Below, in pieces: positions 27,441 through 37,295 of a stretch of 64,000 nucleotides of DNA. The stretch's first letter is position 1, and every line of letters begins with the position of its first letter. Source of the stretch: an uncultured cyanobacterium (GTDB lineage Bacteria; Cyanobacteriota; Cyanobacteriia; PCC-9006; JAAUQQ01); NCBI GenBank assembly GCA_963718615.1, contig OY970368.1, positions 2,304,001 to 2,368,000 of the forward strand. The letters run 5' to 3'. The notes beneath the pieces are model-generated. The model saw only the letters and a list, made by a program, of their open reading frames with translations, was not told where the DNA came from and made no database searches. The position numbers and the translations under genes were made by a program.

Positions 27441-29132
27441 ATGCAGATAAACCAGCAGTTACGGTCCTATGATCCACGGGCGATCGCTCGCTACTACCGT
27501 CATCGTCCCTGGGCTCCAATCGGACGAGCCTTGAAAGTGATTTGGTTTTTCGCAGGGCTATTGTTAGGCCTGCTATGGGACCGCTGGTTTGACCTAGAAC
27601 TCGAAAACCGTCCCGCGCGGGCGTCCCAGCTGCGCCGCATCCTCACAACCTTAGGTCCGACCTTTATCAAGGTGGGGCAGGCGCTCTCTACCCGTCCAGA
27701 TTTAATTCGACCGGATTTCCTCGAAGAGCTGATTAAGCTGCAAGACCAATTGCCGCCCTTTCCAGATGACCAAGCCTTTGCCATTATCGAGCGGGAACTG
27801 GGCATGACGGTGGGAGAAATCTATCGGGAGATTACGCCAAGCCCGGTGGCGGCGGCGAGTCTCGGTCAAGTCTATCGAGCCAAACTTTACAGTGGCGAAG
27901 AGGTCGCAGTTAAAGTCCAGCGGCCCAATTTGGTACCGACGCTGACCTTAGATCTGTATTTGATTCGCTGGGCTGCATCCCGATTTTCACCTTGGCTACC
28001 GCTTAACTTGGGTCATGATCTCACGCTGATCGTCGATGAATTTGGCATCAAGCTGTTTGAAGAAATTGACTATGTTAACGAAGGCCATAATGCTGAGCGA
28101 TTCGATCGCAATTTTGCAGCGCTCGATTATGTCAAAGTCCCGAAGATTTACTGGCGATTTACCACCAGCCGTGTCCTGACGTTGGAATGGATCAAAGGCT
28201 GTAAGCTAACCCTGTCCGAGCTACATTGCGCGGGCTTAGATGCTGACGCAACGGTGCGTGTTGGGGTGATTTCAGGACTTCAACAACTCCTAGAGTTTGG
28301 CTTTTTCCACGCTGATCCCCATCCAGGGAATCTCTTCGCCCTCTTTGCGCCGGAGTCTTCGATGGGAGCCTGTATGGCCTACATTGACTTTGGCATGATG
28401 GACCAACTGGAGGAAGAGACGAAAGAAACGCTGGTCGATGCCGTCGTGCATTTGCTCAATCAGGAATACGATGCCCTGGCCCTGGACTTTGTGCAGCTGG
28501 GATTCCTGGCACCAGAAACCGATATTTACCCCATTGTGCCGGCCTTGGAATCGGTTTTGGGCGACATTATGGGAGAGAGCGTTCAGGACTTCAATTTCAA
28601 GACCGTGACCGATCGCTTCTCAGAATTAATGTACGACTACCCCTTCCGGGTGCCCGCTAAGTTCGCCTTAATCATTCGCTCCCTCGTCACCCAGGAAGGC
28701 TTGGCCCTCAGCGTCAATCCCAATTTCAAAATCGTCGAAGTGGCCTATCCCTATATTGCTCAGCGGTTGCTGACGGGCGAATCTCCTCAACTGCGACGGC
28801 GACTGCTCGATGTGCTCTTTAAGGATGGCACCTTCCGCTGGGAGCGTCTGGAAAATCTCGTTCAGATTGCGCGCACCGATAATCAATTTGACCTGCTACC
28901 CACGGCTCAACTGGGGTTGCAGTACCTGCTCTCGGACGAAGCCAAGGACATTCGGCGACAGATCTTGCTGGCGCTGATCGAAAACGATCGCTTCCATACC
29001 GCAGAAGTTCAGCGGCTCTGGGACCTAGTCAAAGACGAATTTGAGCCCACGCGTCTGTGGAATAGTGCGGTGAATACGCTGGTTGATTTTTCTCGCGCTC
29101 GCGTCGCCGCCCTCTGGCCGGGTCAGGAGTGA
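27441..29132 (+). CDS. AarF/ABC1/UbiB family atypical kinase
   Basis: LGPTFIKVGQ, AAASLGQVY, VAVKVQRP, HADPHPGN and DFGM motifs. Confidence 0.95.
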   Translation: MQINQQLRSYDPRAIARYYRHRPWAPIGRALKVIWFFAGLLLGLLWDRWFDLELENRPARASQLRRILTTLGPTFIKVGQALSTRPDLIRPDFLEELIKLQDQLPPFPDDQAFAIIERELGMTVGEIYREITPSPVAAASLGQVYRAKLYSGEEVAVKVQRPNLVPTLTLDLYLIRWAASRFSPWLPLNLGHDLTLIVDEFGIKLFEEIDYVNEGHNAERFDRNFAALDYVKVPKIYWRFTTSRVLTLEWIKGCKLTLSELHCAGLDADATVRVGVISGLQQLLEFGFFHADPHPGNLFALFAPESSMGACMAYIDFGMMDQLEEETKETLVDAVVHLLNQEYDALALDFVQLGFLAPETDIYPIVPALESVLGDIMGESVQDFNFKTVTDRFSELMYDYPFRVPAKFALIIRSLVTQEGLALSVNPNFKIVEVAYPYIAQRLLTGESPQLRRRLLDVLFKDGTFRWERLENLVQIARTDNQFDLLPTAQLGLQYLLSDEAKDIRRQILLALIENDRFHTAEVQRLWDLVKDEFEPTRLWNSAVNTLVDFSRARVAALWPGQE

Positions 29133-29218
29133 TCGCCTACTCGCCCACCAGAGTTGCTAGGGTGCAGGCCAAAAGATCGGTACAATCGTAAAGAAATGTA
29201 TCGATCGCCTGCCCTCCT

Positions 29219-29596
29219 ATGTACGGATATCCCACGCCTCACTACGTGCTTCTGGTTCTAGGTCTCTTTATTGGGATCACCTCTGGTCTTGCCTTTCAAG
29301 AGACGCTGAAGCAGCTCGTTTATCATTGGTCCCGCCAAACTGAAAACCAGGGTTATCTGCCCGATATTCTCAATCGCACCAATCTCCGATTGCCGTTTTT
29401 GGGGATTTTGATTGGGGTTTGTTTGTTTTTATCCTCCGGCGTTGAAGTCTTTGGCTTTGGCACGCTCACGGCCTACGAATTTTCCATGCCCCTAACGCTT
29501 TTGACCGGGCTGTTGGTGTGGAATCAGCTCGAGAAAATTCTCAACCTCCTACAAAAAGGCGGTTCTAAGGCGCTGGATTTAGACGAGGTGTTTTAG
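29219..29596 (+). CDS. Hypothetical membrane protein (3 TM)
   Basis: 125-aa ORF with hydrophobic segments, ending GGSKALDLD. Confidence 0.75.
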   Translation: MYGYPTPHYVLLVLGLFIGITSGLAFQETLKQLVYHWSRQTENQGYLPDILNRTNLRLPFLGILIGVCLFLSSGVEVFGFGTLTAYEFSMPLTLLTGLLVWNQLEKILNLLQKGGSKALDLDEVF

Positions 29597-29625
29597 ATAA
29601 GGTCTGTGGAACGGCCCGAGACCGC

Positions 29626-29721
29626 CTAGCCCCCTTTTGCAAAGGTCGCCAAAACAATCACCGACAGCAAGAGACCGGGGGAAAGAAACATGACCAATTG
29701 GCCCAGATCGTGAAGCGTCAT
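29626..29721 (-). CDS. 31-aa single-TM micro-protein MTLHDLGQLVMFLSPGLLLSVIVLATFAKGG
   Basis: ATG...TAG ORF below the ORF-track cut-off, with AGGA upstream and an uninterrupted hydrophobic helix. Confidence 0.6.
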   Translation of the reverse strand: MTLHDLGQLVMFLSPGLLLSVIVLATFAKGG

Positions 29722-29870
29722 CGTGCCTATCCTAAAAAACTACAAGCGAACAATCCAGCGAATAAAAAGAAAAAGGTCTTGCTTCGAGCTTAGCACCGGA
29801 TTTTAGGGGCGATCGCCCCCAATCCCATTATTTACCTTAAAATTCCTCCCGAAATTCTTCCCGTCAGCCC

Positions 29871-30353
29871 ATGCCCCCCACTGACCTTCTCAGTCTCGAC
29901 AACCTCTTTAGCCTCGCCAATGTCTATGTTCTGCCCTTCTGGGCGCTGATGATCCTATTGCCCCGCTGGCGCTGGACCCAAAAAATCATGGGCTCTCTGC
30001 TGATGTTCGTGCCCCTGGTGATGCTCTATCTCTATTTCATTGCTCACAGCATCGACGCCGAGAGCGCCGCTGCCTTGGCTAACCCGAACCTGAGCGATAT
30101 TGCCCGATTCTTTGGGGCAAAAGGGGCGGCAGCGACGGGGTGGACCCATTTCTTAGTGATGGACCTGTTTGTCGGGCGGTGGGTCTATGGGGAGGGACAG
30201 CGCACGGGCGTTTGGACGCGTCATTCCATTGCCCTCTGCCTGTTTGCGGGTCCCTTGGGCTTGCTCTCCCATATTCTGACTGCTGCGGTGTATCAGCGCT
30301 GGTTTGGGGGCGAAACCCAAGCGTTGCAGGGGGAAAAATGCGCCGAGACCTAA
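29871..30353 (+). CDS. ABA4-like family protein (DUF4281)
   Basis: PFW.LMILLPRW, W.HFL..DLFVGRW and GPLGLL motifs. Confidence 0.9.
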   Translation: MPPTDLLSLDNLFSLANVYVLPFWALMILLPRWRWTQKIMGSLLMFVPLVMLYLYFIAHSIDAESAAALANPNLSDIARFFGAKGAAATGWTHFLVMDLFVGRWVYGEGQRTGVWTRHSIALCLFAGPLGLLSHILTAAVYQRWFGGETQALQGEKCAET

Positions 30354-31150
30354 GGGCGGTGCGAATTGTCCTGGTTGAACCCGCAGGTCCCCTCAATGTG
30401 GGCTCCGTGGCGCGGGTGATGAAAAACTTTGGCCTAGGGCCGCTAGTCCTGGTTAATCCCCAATGTGATCCCCAATGTGACGAAGCGCTGATGATGGCAG
30501 TGCATGGGCGGGATGTGTTGGAACGGGCGCAGCGGGTAGACCGTTTGCCGGAGGCGTTGGTGGGGGTGCAGCGGGCGATCGCCACCACCGGCTCGGTCCA
30601 TGATCTCCCCACGCCCTTAGAGCCCCCCCGTCAAGTTCTACCCTGGCTACTGGGCTCCTCAGGGGGATCAGGCGGTGTGAACCAGGGCGAACCCTTGAGT
30701 GCAGCCTTAATCTTTGGTCGCGAAGACAGTGGCCTTACCAACCAAGAGTTGCATTATGCCCAGCGACTGCTGCAAATTCCCAGTGATGAAGTCTATCCCT
30801 CGCTGAATTTGGCCCAAGCCGTTGCCGTCTGTTGCTACGAGCTGTCCCAGGCGCTCACTGACTCCGACCCCCAATCTTCCCAATCTCCTAGGGGGTCTGC
30901 CCTGCCCCTCACCGAGCCCCCTGCGGCCCAGGAGGTGTTGGAAGGGTTTTATCAGCAGCTCGAAACCTTGCTCCTGCAAATTGGCTATTTGTATGACCAC
31001 ACGGCTACCCGCCGGATGCAACGGTTTCGCCGTTTGGGACACCGGGCGCAGCTCTCCCACCTGGAAGTACAAATGCTGCGAGGCATCCTCAGTCAGATGG
31101 AATGGGCTATCCGCCAACGGGCTTTACGCGATTTTTCGGCAAACGACTAG
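30338..31150 (+). CDS. TrmJ/LasT family RNA methyltransferase (SPOUT)
   Basis: IVLVEP..P.NVGSVAR.MKNFG, FGREDSGL and SLNLAQAV motifs. Confidence 0.9.
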   Translation: MRRDLRAVRIVLVEPAGPLNVGSVARVMKNFGLGPLVLVNPQCDPQCDEALMMAVHGRDVLERAQRVDRLPEALVGVQRAIATTGSVHDLPTPLEPPRQVLPWLLGSSGGSGGVNQGEPLSAALIFGREDSGLTNQELHYAQRLLQIPSDEVYPSLNLAQAVAVCCYELSQALTDSDPQSSQSPRGSALPLTEPPAAQEVLEGFYQQLETLLLQIGYLYDHTATRRMQRFRRLGHRAQLSHLEVQMLRGILSQMEWAIRQRALRDFSAND

Positions 31151-31265
31151 AGTATGATGGCCATCAGCCGGGGTTTGTTGACGGCCCCAATGAAAACCTC
31201 GGCACAATCTGATAAGAAGGGGTTAGCATACAGCCGACTTACAACGTTTTGTTTCTAGGGTACAG

Positions 31266-32837
31266 GTGGCTATGGCCTTGGATGGGAAAAATCAGCCGGA
31301 ACGCCGAAGCACGGGCCGAGCGGGCCAACGGGGCCTTGATTCGCGTGATTCTCAAGCGCGTGACCTTCAAGCAGGTGACCCTCAAACGCTTCAGGGGAAA
31401 AAAAATACTTCTGGTCAGCGGGGCAGTCGTCGTGCTCGGCGACAAAGTGCCGCGCGGGTGCTCGCACCGCCTGAGTCCCGTTCGCTCTTTGGTAAACGAA
31501 GAGATCAATCGACCCCTCTCAACAGCCGTCGCCGTCGTCGTTTGCGATCGCCCCAGCAAACGGCTCTGACTGCGGTGTCTGAAAATCCTGTAGAGCAGCT
31601 AGCCACGGCTCGGTCTGCTACAACTCGGTCTGCCACGACTCGGTCTACCGCGACTCGATCTGCCAGCACTCGGTCTTCTAGCACTCGGTCTTCCACGGTC
31701 CCCCCAAAGGCCAGCCGCCGCCAGCGGGGGCGTCGTCGTCAGCCTGCTAGATCCCGCCCGGTGATTTCGCCACTGCTCTATGTCATGCGTTTGTTGATTG
31801 TCGGCGTGGGGATTGGGGTCATTGCGGGAACGGTGCTTTCTTCGATTGATCCGACGATCCAACAGGCGGCTCAACCTTCGACCGTGGCGATCGCCACAGC
31901 CACCGCTCAAAAGCCTACTCCGACGGGGCTCCAGCTCCGTCAGGAGTTATCTGAACTCAAAAATCGGCTGCAAGCCTTGATGGCCAATGCCCAAGGACTC
32001 ACCCCTGGAGTTTTGGTGGTGGACCTCGATACTGACAACTATGTTGATTTGGGTTCCAGTCGGCGTTTTGCGGCGGCTAGCACGATTAAGCTTCCTATCC
32101 TGGTGGCGTTGTTTGAGCAGATCGATGCAGGCCAAATCAGCTTGAATGAACCGTTGACCATGACCCCCGAGGTGGTTGCAGCGGAAGCGGGCGAGATGCA
32201 GTTTCAGCCACCGGGGACTCAGTATTCGGTTCTGGAGACAGCAACAGAAATGATTCGCATTAGCGACAACACCGCTACGAACATGGTGGTTCAGCGCCTC
32301 GGGGGGGCTACGCAACTCAACCAGCGGTTTCGCGCTTGGGGCCTAGAGCAAACGGCCTTTAATAATTTTCTACCGGATGTAGAGGGAACTAACACGATCT
32401 CTCCGAAGGATTTGGTGACGTTGTTGGGACGGATTAACCAGGGGGAGATTGTATCGTTGCGATCGCGCGATCGCATTCTCGAAATTTTGCGCACCACCGA
32501 AACCAACGATCTCCTCCCCCAGGGATTAGGACCGGGGGCAATAATCGCCCATAAAACTGGCAACATTGGCAAGTCTGTAGGGGATGTTGGGCTTGTGGAT
32601 ATGCCGAGTGGCAAACGCTACGTGATTATGGCAATGGTCGAACGTCCCCATGGGGATGTGCGGGCGGATGAGTTGATTCGCCAGATTTCTTCGACAACCT
32701 ATCAATTTTTGGAGTCCATGGGCAGCACGTCGGAGAAAATGCCACTGCCTCCGGTGAAACGCTCAAACATTGCGGAAGAAACGCCCCGATTAGCCCCATC
32801 CATGATGTCCACTGATCCTTTACTCAAAGATCCCTAA
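31266..32837 (+). CDS. Class A beta-lactamase-like serine hydrolase (cyanobacterial PBP-A type), membrane-anchored
   Basis: STIK (SxxK), SDN and HKTG motifs, TM segment LLIVGVGIGVIAGTVL and a long Arg/Ser-rich N-terminus. Start uncertain. Confidence 0.88.
   Translation: MAMALDGKNQPERRSTGRAGQRGLDSRDSQARDLQAGDPQTLQGKKNTSGQRGSRRARRQSAARVLAPPESRSLFGKRRDQSTPLNSRRRRRLRSPQQTALTAVSENPVEQLATARSATTRSATTRSTATRSASTRSSSTRSSTVPPKASRRQRGRRRQPARSRPVISPLLYVMRLLIVGVGIGVIAGTVLSSIDPTIQQAAQPSTVAIATATAQKPTPTGLQLRQELSELKNRLQALMANAQGLTPGVLVVDLDTDNYVDLGSSRRFAAASTIKLPILVALFEQIDAGQISLNEPLTMTPEVVAAEAGEMQFQPPGTQYSVLETATEMIRISDNTATNMVVQRLGGATQLNQRFRAWGLEQTAFNNFLPDVEGTNTISPKDLVTLLGRINQGEIVSLRSRDRILEILRTTETNDLLPQGLGPGAIIAHKTGNIGKSVGDVGLVDMPSGKRYVIMAMVERPHGDVRADELIRQISSTTYQFLESMGSTSEKMPLPPVKRSNIAEETPRLAPSMMSTDPLLKDP
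31606..31695. repeat. 15-nt degenerate tandem repeat x6 encoding RSATT/RSSST units
   Basis: Seen directly (CTCGGTCT core recurring every 15 nt). Confidence 0.85.
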
Positions 32838-33120
32838 AGTCGACTTCCCTGAGACAAGGCTGAATTAAAGTACGAAAGGCTTGGACAAATGTCGCAAGGC
32901 TCTAGCCCGTAGACTTTGACAATGCCTGGGTGGTCAAGCTGACGGGCGATTATATATGGGTCTCCAAATTGTAAAATTTCGCGGGCGCTGGGTTGAAGAT
33001 TGCGCAAGCGTTTAAGAATGAGCGATCGCCCTGTTGCCCCACAGACTCCCCGAAAAATCTGCGAATAGCTGCTTTCATAGATTGTTTCACGGATCTCATA
33101 ATTCGCAGGTATTTCTTCAA
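32834..33120 (-). pseudogene. N-lobe fragment of a Ser/Thr kinase-AAA-His kinase hybrid
   Basis: YEIRETIYESSYSQIFRG...ILKRL...LDHPGIVKVYGLEP then stops; no catalytic loop or DFG. Confidence 0.65.
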
Positions 33121-33178
33121 ATGCCCATTCAAATGCTAGGATAAAGCAATATAGTTGAATAGTTATGTTTTGGCGGGA

Positions 33179-33607
33179 ATGATGCAAATGATTGCAACGT
33201 TTAATTGGCCTGCCGCTTTATGGGGCGGTATTTTTATCGGCAGTAGCGCCACGCTTTTATTGGCGTTCAATGGCCGCATCGCAGGCATTAGTGGCATGAT
33301 CAACGGCGCACTGCGGTTTGTGCCTCAGGAAAGCTGGCGCTGGCTATTTTTAGTGGGAATGGTTTTGGGCGGTGCGATCTATGAGTTTGGCGTTGCGCCT
33401 CAGCCGACGCCTGTCTCAACTTGGTCTCCTGGGGCAATGGTTGTGGGAGGGCTATTGGTGGGGGTGGGCACGCGCCTGGGGAATGGTTGCACCAGTGGTC
33501 ACGGGGTCTGTGGTCTAGGACGACTGTCGGTGCGATCGCTCGTCGCGGTGTTAACGTTTCTGGCGACGGCGTTCATCACGGTCTTTATTTTGCGTCACGG
33601 GGTCTAA
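33179..33607 (+). CDS. YeeE/YedE sulfur transporter family protein
   Basis: GRIAGISG and GTRLGNGCTSGHGVCG motifs. Confidence 0.92.
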   Translation: MMQMIATFNWPAALWGGIFIGSSATLLLAFNGRIAGISGMINGALRFVPQESWRWLFLVGMVLGGAIYEFGVAPQPTPVSTWSPGAMVVGGLLVGVGTRLGNGCTSGHGVCGLGRLSVRSLVAVLTFLATAFITVFILRHGV

Positions 33608-33610
33608 ACC

Positions 33611-34054
33611 ATGAAAACACAGGTAATGGCGTTGCTCTCGGGTTTATTGTTTGGGTTTGGCTTGGGTCTTTCCCAGATGATTGATCGCGATCGCGTCCTA
33701 GGCTTCCTCGACTTGGCAGGCACCTGGGATCCGACGCTGCTGTTTGTCCTCGGCGGTGCTGTAGGGGTGACGGTAATTGCATTTCGCTTTGTGTTGAGAC
33801 TGTCCCAGCCCCTGTTGGGCGGTCAGTTTGCCCTACCGACACGCAATGATATCGATCGTCCCCTCGTCCTGGGTGCTGCGCTGTTTGGCATTGGCTGGGG
33901 GATCGCAGGTTATTGTCCGGGTCCGGCGGTGGTTGCGCTGATTTTGGGCATTGGCAACCCAGTGCTATTTTTGCTCAGCTTTGTCGCTGGCTCGTTCCTC
34001 GTTCAGTTTTTCAGTACCTGGCGGTTGCGTCAGCAAGGTTTGAAAGGTTCCTAG
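33611..34054 (+). CDS. YeeE/YedE partner (DUF6691)
   Basis: GFLDL.G.WDPTL and FGIGWGIAGYCPGP motifs. Confidence 0.92.
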   Translation: MKTQVMALLSGLLFGFGLGLSQMIDRDRVLGFLDLAGTWDPTLLFVLGGAVGVTVIAFRFVLRLSQPLLGGQFALPTRNDIDRPLVLGAALFGIGWGIAGYCPGPAVVALILGIGNPVLFLLSFVAGSFLVQFFSTWRLRQQGLKGS

Positions 34055-34840
34055 GGCGGTGAGGTAGCGATCGCCCGCCACCGCCATCAGATCGTTATGG
34101 TCTGCCCCTTCCACCCAGAAGACTTGTTTGGGCGATCGCACTGCCCCATAGAGTTGTTGCCCATGCCATAGGGGAATGACATCATCTTGGGTGCCATGGA
34201 TGATCAAAACCGGGCAGCGAATCTGGCGAATTCGGGCGAGGCTGGGAAACTTATCGAAGGGCAGGATTGGAATACGGGTGACGACGCGAAAGATGCTGAC
34301 AAAGGAGCTTTCGACGATGAGCCCTGCAACGGGATGGCGAGTTGCGAGGTAAACACTGGGGCCTCCTCCGACCGATCGCCCCTGGATGACGAGCCGATGG
34401 GGATCTATCTTCAACTCCTCGACCGCGTAACGATAAACGGCCTCAATATCCCCATAGGTTTTGCGTTCGGAAGGGCGAGGACCGGAGCTGAGACCATAGC
34501 CGCGATAGTCGTAGGCTAAAACCGAATAGCCCGCTTGGGCAATACGTTGGGCGACGGGACGAACCATGCCGAGGTCTTCACCGTTCCCATGGCTGTAGAG
34601 AATAACCCAGTCGCTGGAGGGGTTGGGCAGGTAGAAAGCGGCGACGGAGTCCTGGGCGGTGACAGGAATTTTGAGGATTTCGTCATTGGCGCTATAGGTG
34701 GGGGTGGGTGGCAAAAAGATTTGACGTTCGGCTAGGAAAAATCCGTAAAACGCCAGGGTCCCATAAGCAATGAGCAGGAGTCGCAGAACTCGCCATCCAG
34801 TCCAAGTGCCGATGATTGTGCCAATGAGTTTTTGCCGCAT
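33965..34840 (-). CDS. Alpha/beta hydrolase (ABHD17/BEM46-like)
   Basis: YSHGNGEDL, YDYRGYG, GRSVGG, HGTQDDV and HND motifs. Confidence 0.9.
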   Translation of the reverse strand: MRQKLIGTIIGTWTGWRVLRLLLIAYGTLAFYGFFLAERQIFLPPTPTYSANDEILKIPVTAQDSVAAFYLPNPSSDWVILYSHGNGEDLGMVRPVAQRIAQAGYSVLAYDYRGYGLSSGPRPSERKTYGDIEAVYRYAVEELKIDPHRLVIQGRSVGGGPSVYLATRHPVAGLIVESSFVSIFRVVTRIPILPFDKFPSLARIRQIRCPVLIIHGTQDDVIPLWHGQQLYGAVRSPKQVFWVEGADHNDLMAVAGDRYLTALGTFQTLLTQPPGTEKLNEERASDKAEQK

Positions 34841-34965
34841 CCTGTTTACTGCATCCGAATCTACACCTATAAATTTACACCTATAAATCTAAGCTTATAA
34901 CTTATACAACAACTTATCCGACGCTTTCCCATTGTGATTAACCGATAAGGCTGATGCCAACAAGG

Positions 34966-36093
34966 CTAAGGTAATTGCCGAATTCCCTCAATCACCCGAG
35001 TTAAATCTTCATCGGTTAAATTCGACCCCGACGGCAAACAAAGCCCCTGCTCAAACAGGCTTTCCGCCACTGCACCGCCAATCCGTTCACAATCTGCAAA
35101 CACCGGTTGTAGATGCAAGGGTTTCCACACTGGGCGAGTTTCAATATTTTGCTCTGCTAAGGCGAGGCGGATGGTTTCGCGATCGCACCCAAACCCTTCC
35201 GGCTCAATGGTTAAACAGCTCAGCCATCGACTCGCCCGCCCATAGGGCGCTTCCGGCATCATCGTCACCCCTGGCAAATCCCCCAACGTCGCCGCATACC
35301 GCTCAAAATTCCGCCGCCGCGCTGCCACCCGCTCTTCGAGCACCTGCAACTGTCCCCGACCAATACCTGCCAAAACATTGCTTAAACGATAGTTATAACC
35401 AATTTCAGAATGCTGATAATGGGGAGCCGGATCGCGGGCTTGGGTTGCCAAGAAACGGGCCTGGTTAATCAACGCGGCATCCTCTGAAACCAACATCCCG
35501 CCGCCGGAGGTTGTAATGATTTTATTGCCATTGAAAGAATAGATACCCAAAGTACCAAAGGTGCCGGGCGATCGCCCCTTATAAGTCGCCCCTAGGGCCT
35601 CCGCTGCATCTTCAACCAACGGAATTTCATAGCGACGGCAAGCCTCTACGATCGGTGCCATATCCGCACTTTGGCCATAGAGATGGACGACAACGACCGC
35701 CTTGGGTAGGCGATTTTGCCGAGCGCGGTCGTCGAGCCAAGCGCTGAGCAATTGTGGATCGAGGTTCCAGGATTGGCGATCGCTATCGATAAACACCGGC
35801 TTCGCGCCCAAAAACGTGATCGGACTGGCGCTGGCAATAAACGTCAGCGTTGAGCAAACCACTTCATCCCCTGGACCAACACCCACCAGCCGCAGGGCCA
35901 AATGCAGTGCCGCCGTTCCCGAACTGAGAGCGGCAGAATAGCTTGAGCCGACGACTTGGCAAAACTCCCGTTCAAAGGCATCCACATGGGGACCGATGGG
36001 GGCAATCCAGTTGGTCTCGAAGGCTTCTTGGACAAAGGCTTGTTCGCGATCGCCCATGTGAGGTGTAGATAGCAGGATGGGAGTTTTGCTCAT
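34966..36093 (-). CDS. DegT/DnrJ sugar aminotransferase (PglE/EpsN-like)
   Basis: SSGTAALHLAL, EDAAEALG, SFNGNKIITTSGGG and CLPSG motifs. Confidence 0.93.
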   Translation of the reverse strand: MSKTPILLSTPHMGDREQAFVQEAFETNWIAPIGPHVDAFEREFCQVVGSSYSAALSSGTAALHLALRLVGVGPGDEVVCSTLTFIASASPITFLGAKPVFIDSDRQSWNLDPQLLSAWLDDRARQNRLPKAVVVVHLYGQSADMAPIVEACRRYEIPLVEDAAEALGATYKGRSPGTFGTLGIYSFNGNKIITTSGGGMLVSEDAALINQARFLATQARDPAPHYQHSEIGYNYRLSNVLAGIGRGQLQVLEERVAARRRNFERYAATLGDLPGVTMMPEAPYGRASRWLSCLTIEPEGFGCDRETIRLALAEQNIETRPVWKPLHLQPVFADCERIGGAVAESLFEQGLCLPSGSNLTDEDLTRVIEGIRQLP

Positions 36094-36173
36094 AGAAGTT
36101 TCAAGGGGTTGTCGGAAAAACTATTGTGGGTAAAACGAAGGGATTAAACCGGAAAATGCTACGCTGGGGAGGC

Positions 36174-37286
36174 TTAGAGGGGTTGTAAAACCTTAGGAGA
36201 TTGCGGTGTTTCAATCCTGGTGCGATAGCTGGGGAAAAAGGGTTGAGCCTGAAGTTCAGCCATGGAAATACCCAGCTGATGGGCTCGGTTTTGGGTGACC
36301 TGTTGGTATAGTTTGGGGTTGATTACAGGTCGCCAGGTCGAGAAGTGAAGTGTTCGGGGAGAAAACCGGCGTTTGTATTTAAATAAGTTATCTTGACTGC
36401 CCCCGACACCGCCGCCTAAGTGCAGCCATCGATAGCCCTCGGCTTTAGCCTGAGTTCGCACGTAGTCGATCATGAGCGTACTGGGAGATTGCTTCAAAAC
36501 ATGACTGCGGGTGCCGCTGAGATGCCACTGAAGAACACTGCCCACTAGGGTAAAGAGTGCTGCACCCACGATCTCCTCACCCTGCTCTACCACACATAGC
36601 CGGAGGCGATCGCCCAAAATTTCCGATAATTGCTGGTAGTAATGGGCATCAAAATAATAGGAGCGGCTGGCCCCAACCCGATCCATCGTTTCTTGGTAGA
36701 TCTCGATAAAGTGGGGCAGATGGGTCTGAACATCGGCCCATCGGGCTGAAAACCCGGTTGTTTGGAGCCGTTTGATCAGACGTTGATGATTGGAACTGGT
36801 TTGATGCCACAGTTCTGTTTGGCTTAAACTTAAATCGACGACTACGGTTGTTCCATTGGCGGTAAAGCTGAGGCCATGGGTGTTGGTTTCCAAGTCGGCA
36901 TTGAGAATGGGATGAAGGCGAATAAAAGCACTACAGATTTGGCGATCGCGCCACACCTCTAGCATTTGTGTGAGAGCTTGCCGCAAAAAACTGGGTGATT
37001 GAGCCGCGCCAGGACTCAGCAAAAATCCTGGATAGCCATAGGGCGAAAGAATGTCCCAGAGGGAAGAGTGACCCAATCCCGCCAATAACTCGGTTGGGAT
37101 GGAGCGCAGCAAATAGGGCAAAAAAAGCTGATATGTGCCATCACTGACCCAAAGTCCCTCTGGAACGCCACCCAGACGCTTAGCTTCTAGGGTCAGATAG
37201 CCAGGTAGATGATAAAAGTCGTAGGTCAACGTCGTCAGCAGCTGTTCCCAGCGAGGATCTGTGACGTTGAGACAGGTAACATTCAT
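36174..37286 (-). CDS. FemAB/BioF2-like GNAT acyltransferase
   Basis: SPYGYPG, FIRLHP, Y.ETM.RVGA, HLGGGVG and FKYK motifs. Confidence 0.8.
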   Translation of the reverse strand: MNVTCLNVTDPRWEQLLTTLTYDFYHLPGYLTLEAKRLGGVPEGLWVSDGTYQLFLPYLLRSIPTELLAGLGHSSLWDILSPYGYPGFLLSPGAAQSPSFLRQALTQMLEVWRDRQICSAFIRLHPILNADLETNTHGLSFTANGTTVVVDLSLSQTELWHQTSSNHQRLIKRLQTTGFSARWADVQTHLPHFIEIYQETMDRVGASRSYYFDAHYYQQLSEILGDRLRLCVVEQGEEIVGAALFTLVGSVLQWHLSGTRSHVLKQSPSTLMIDYVRTQAKAEGYRWLHLGGGVGGSQDNLFKYKRRFSPRTLHFSTWRPVINPKLYQQVTQNRAHQLGISMAELQAQPFFPSYRTRIETPQSPKVLQPL

Positions 37287-37295
37287 GCTTTCGCC

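Noticed and set aside
29806-29819. GGGGCGATCGCCCC perfect palindrome as an operator
   Set aside because: An extended HIP1 site; such extensions are common throughout the window.
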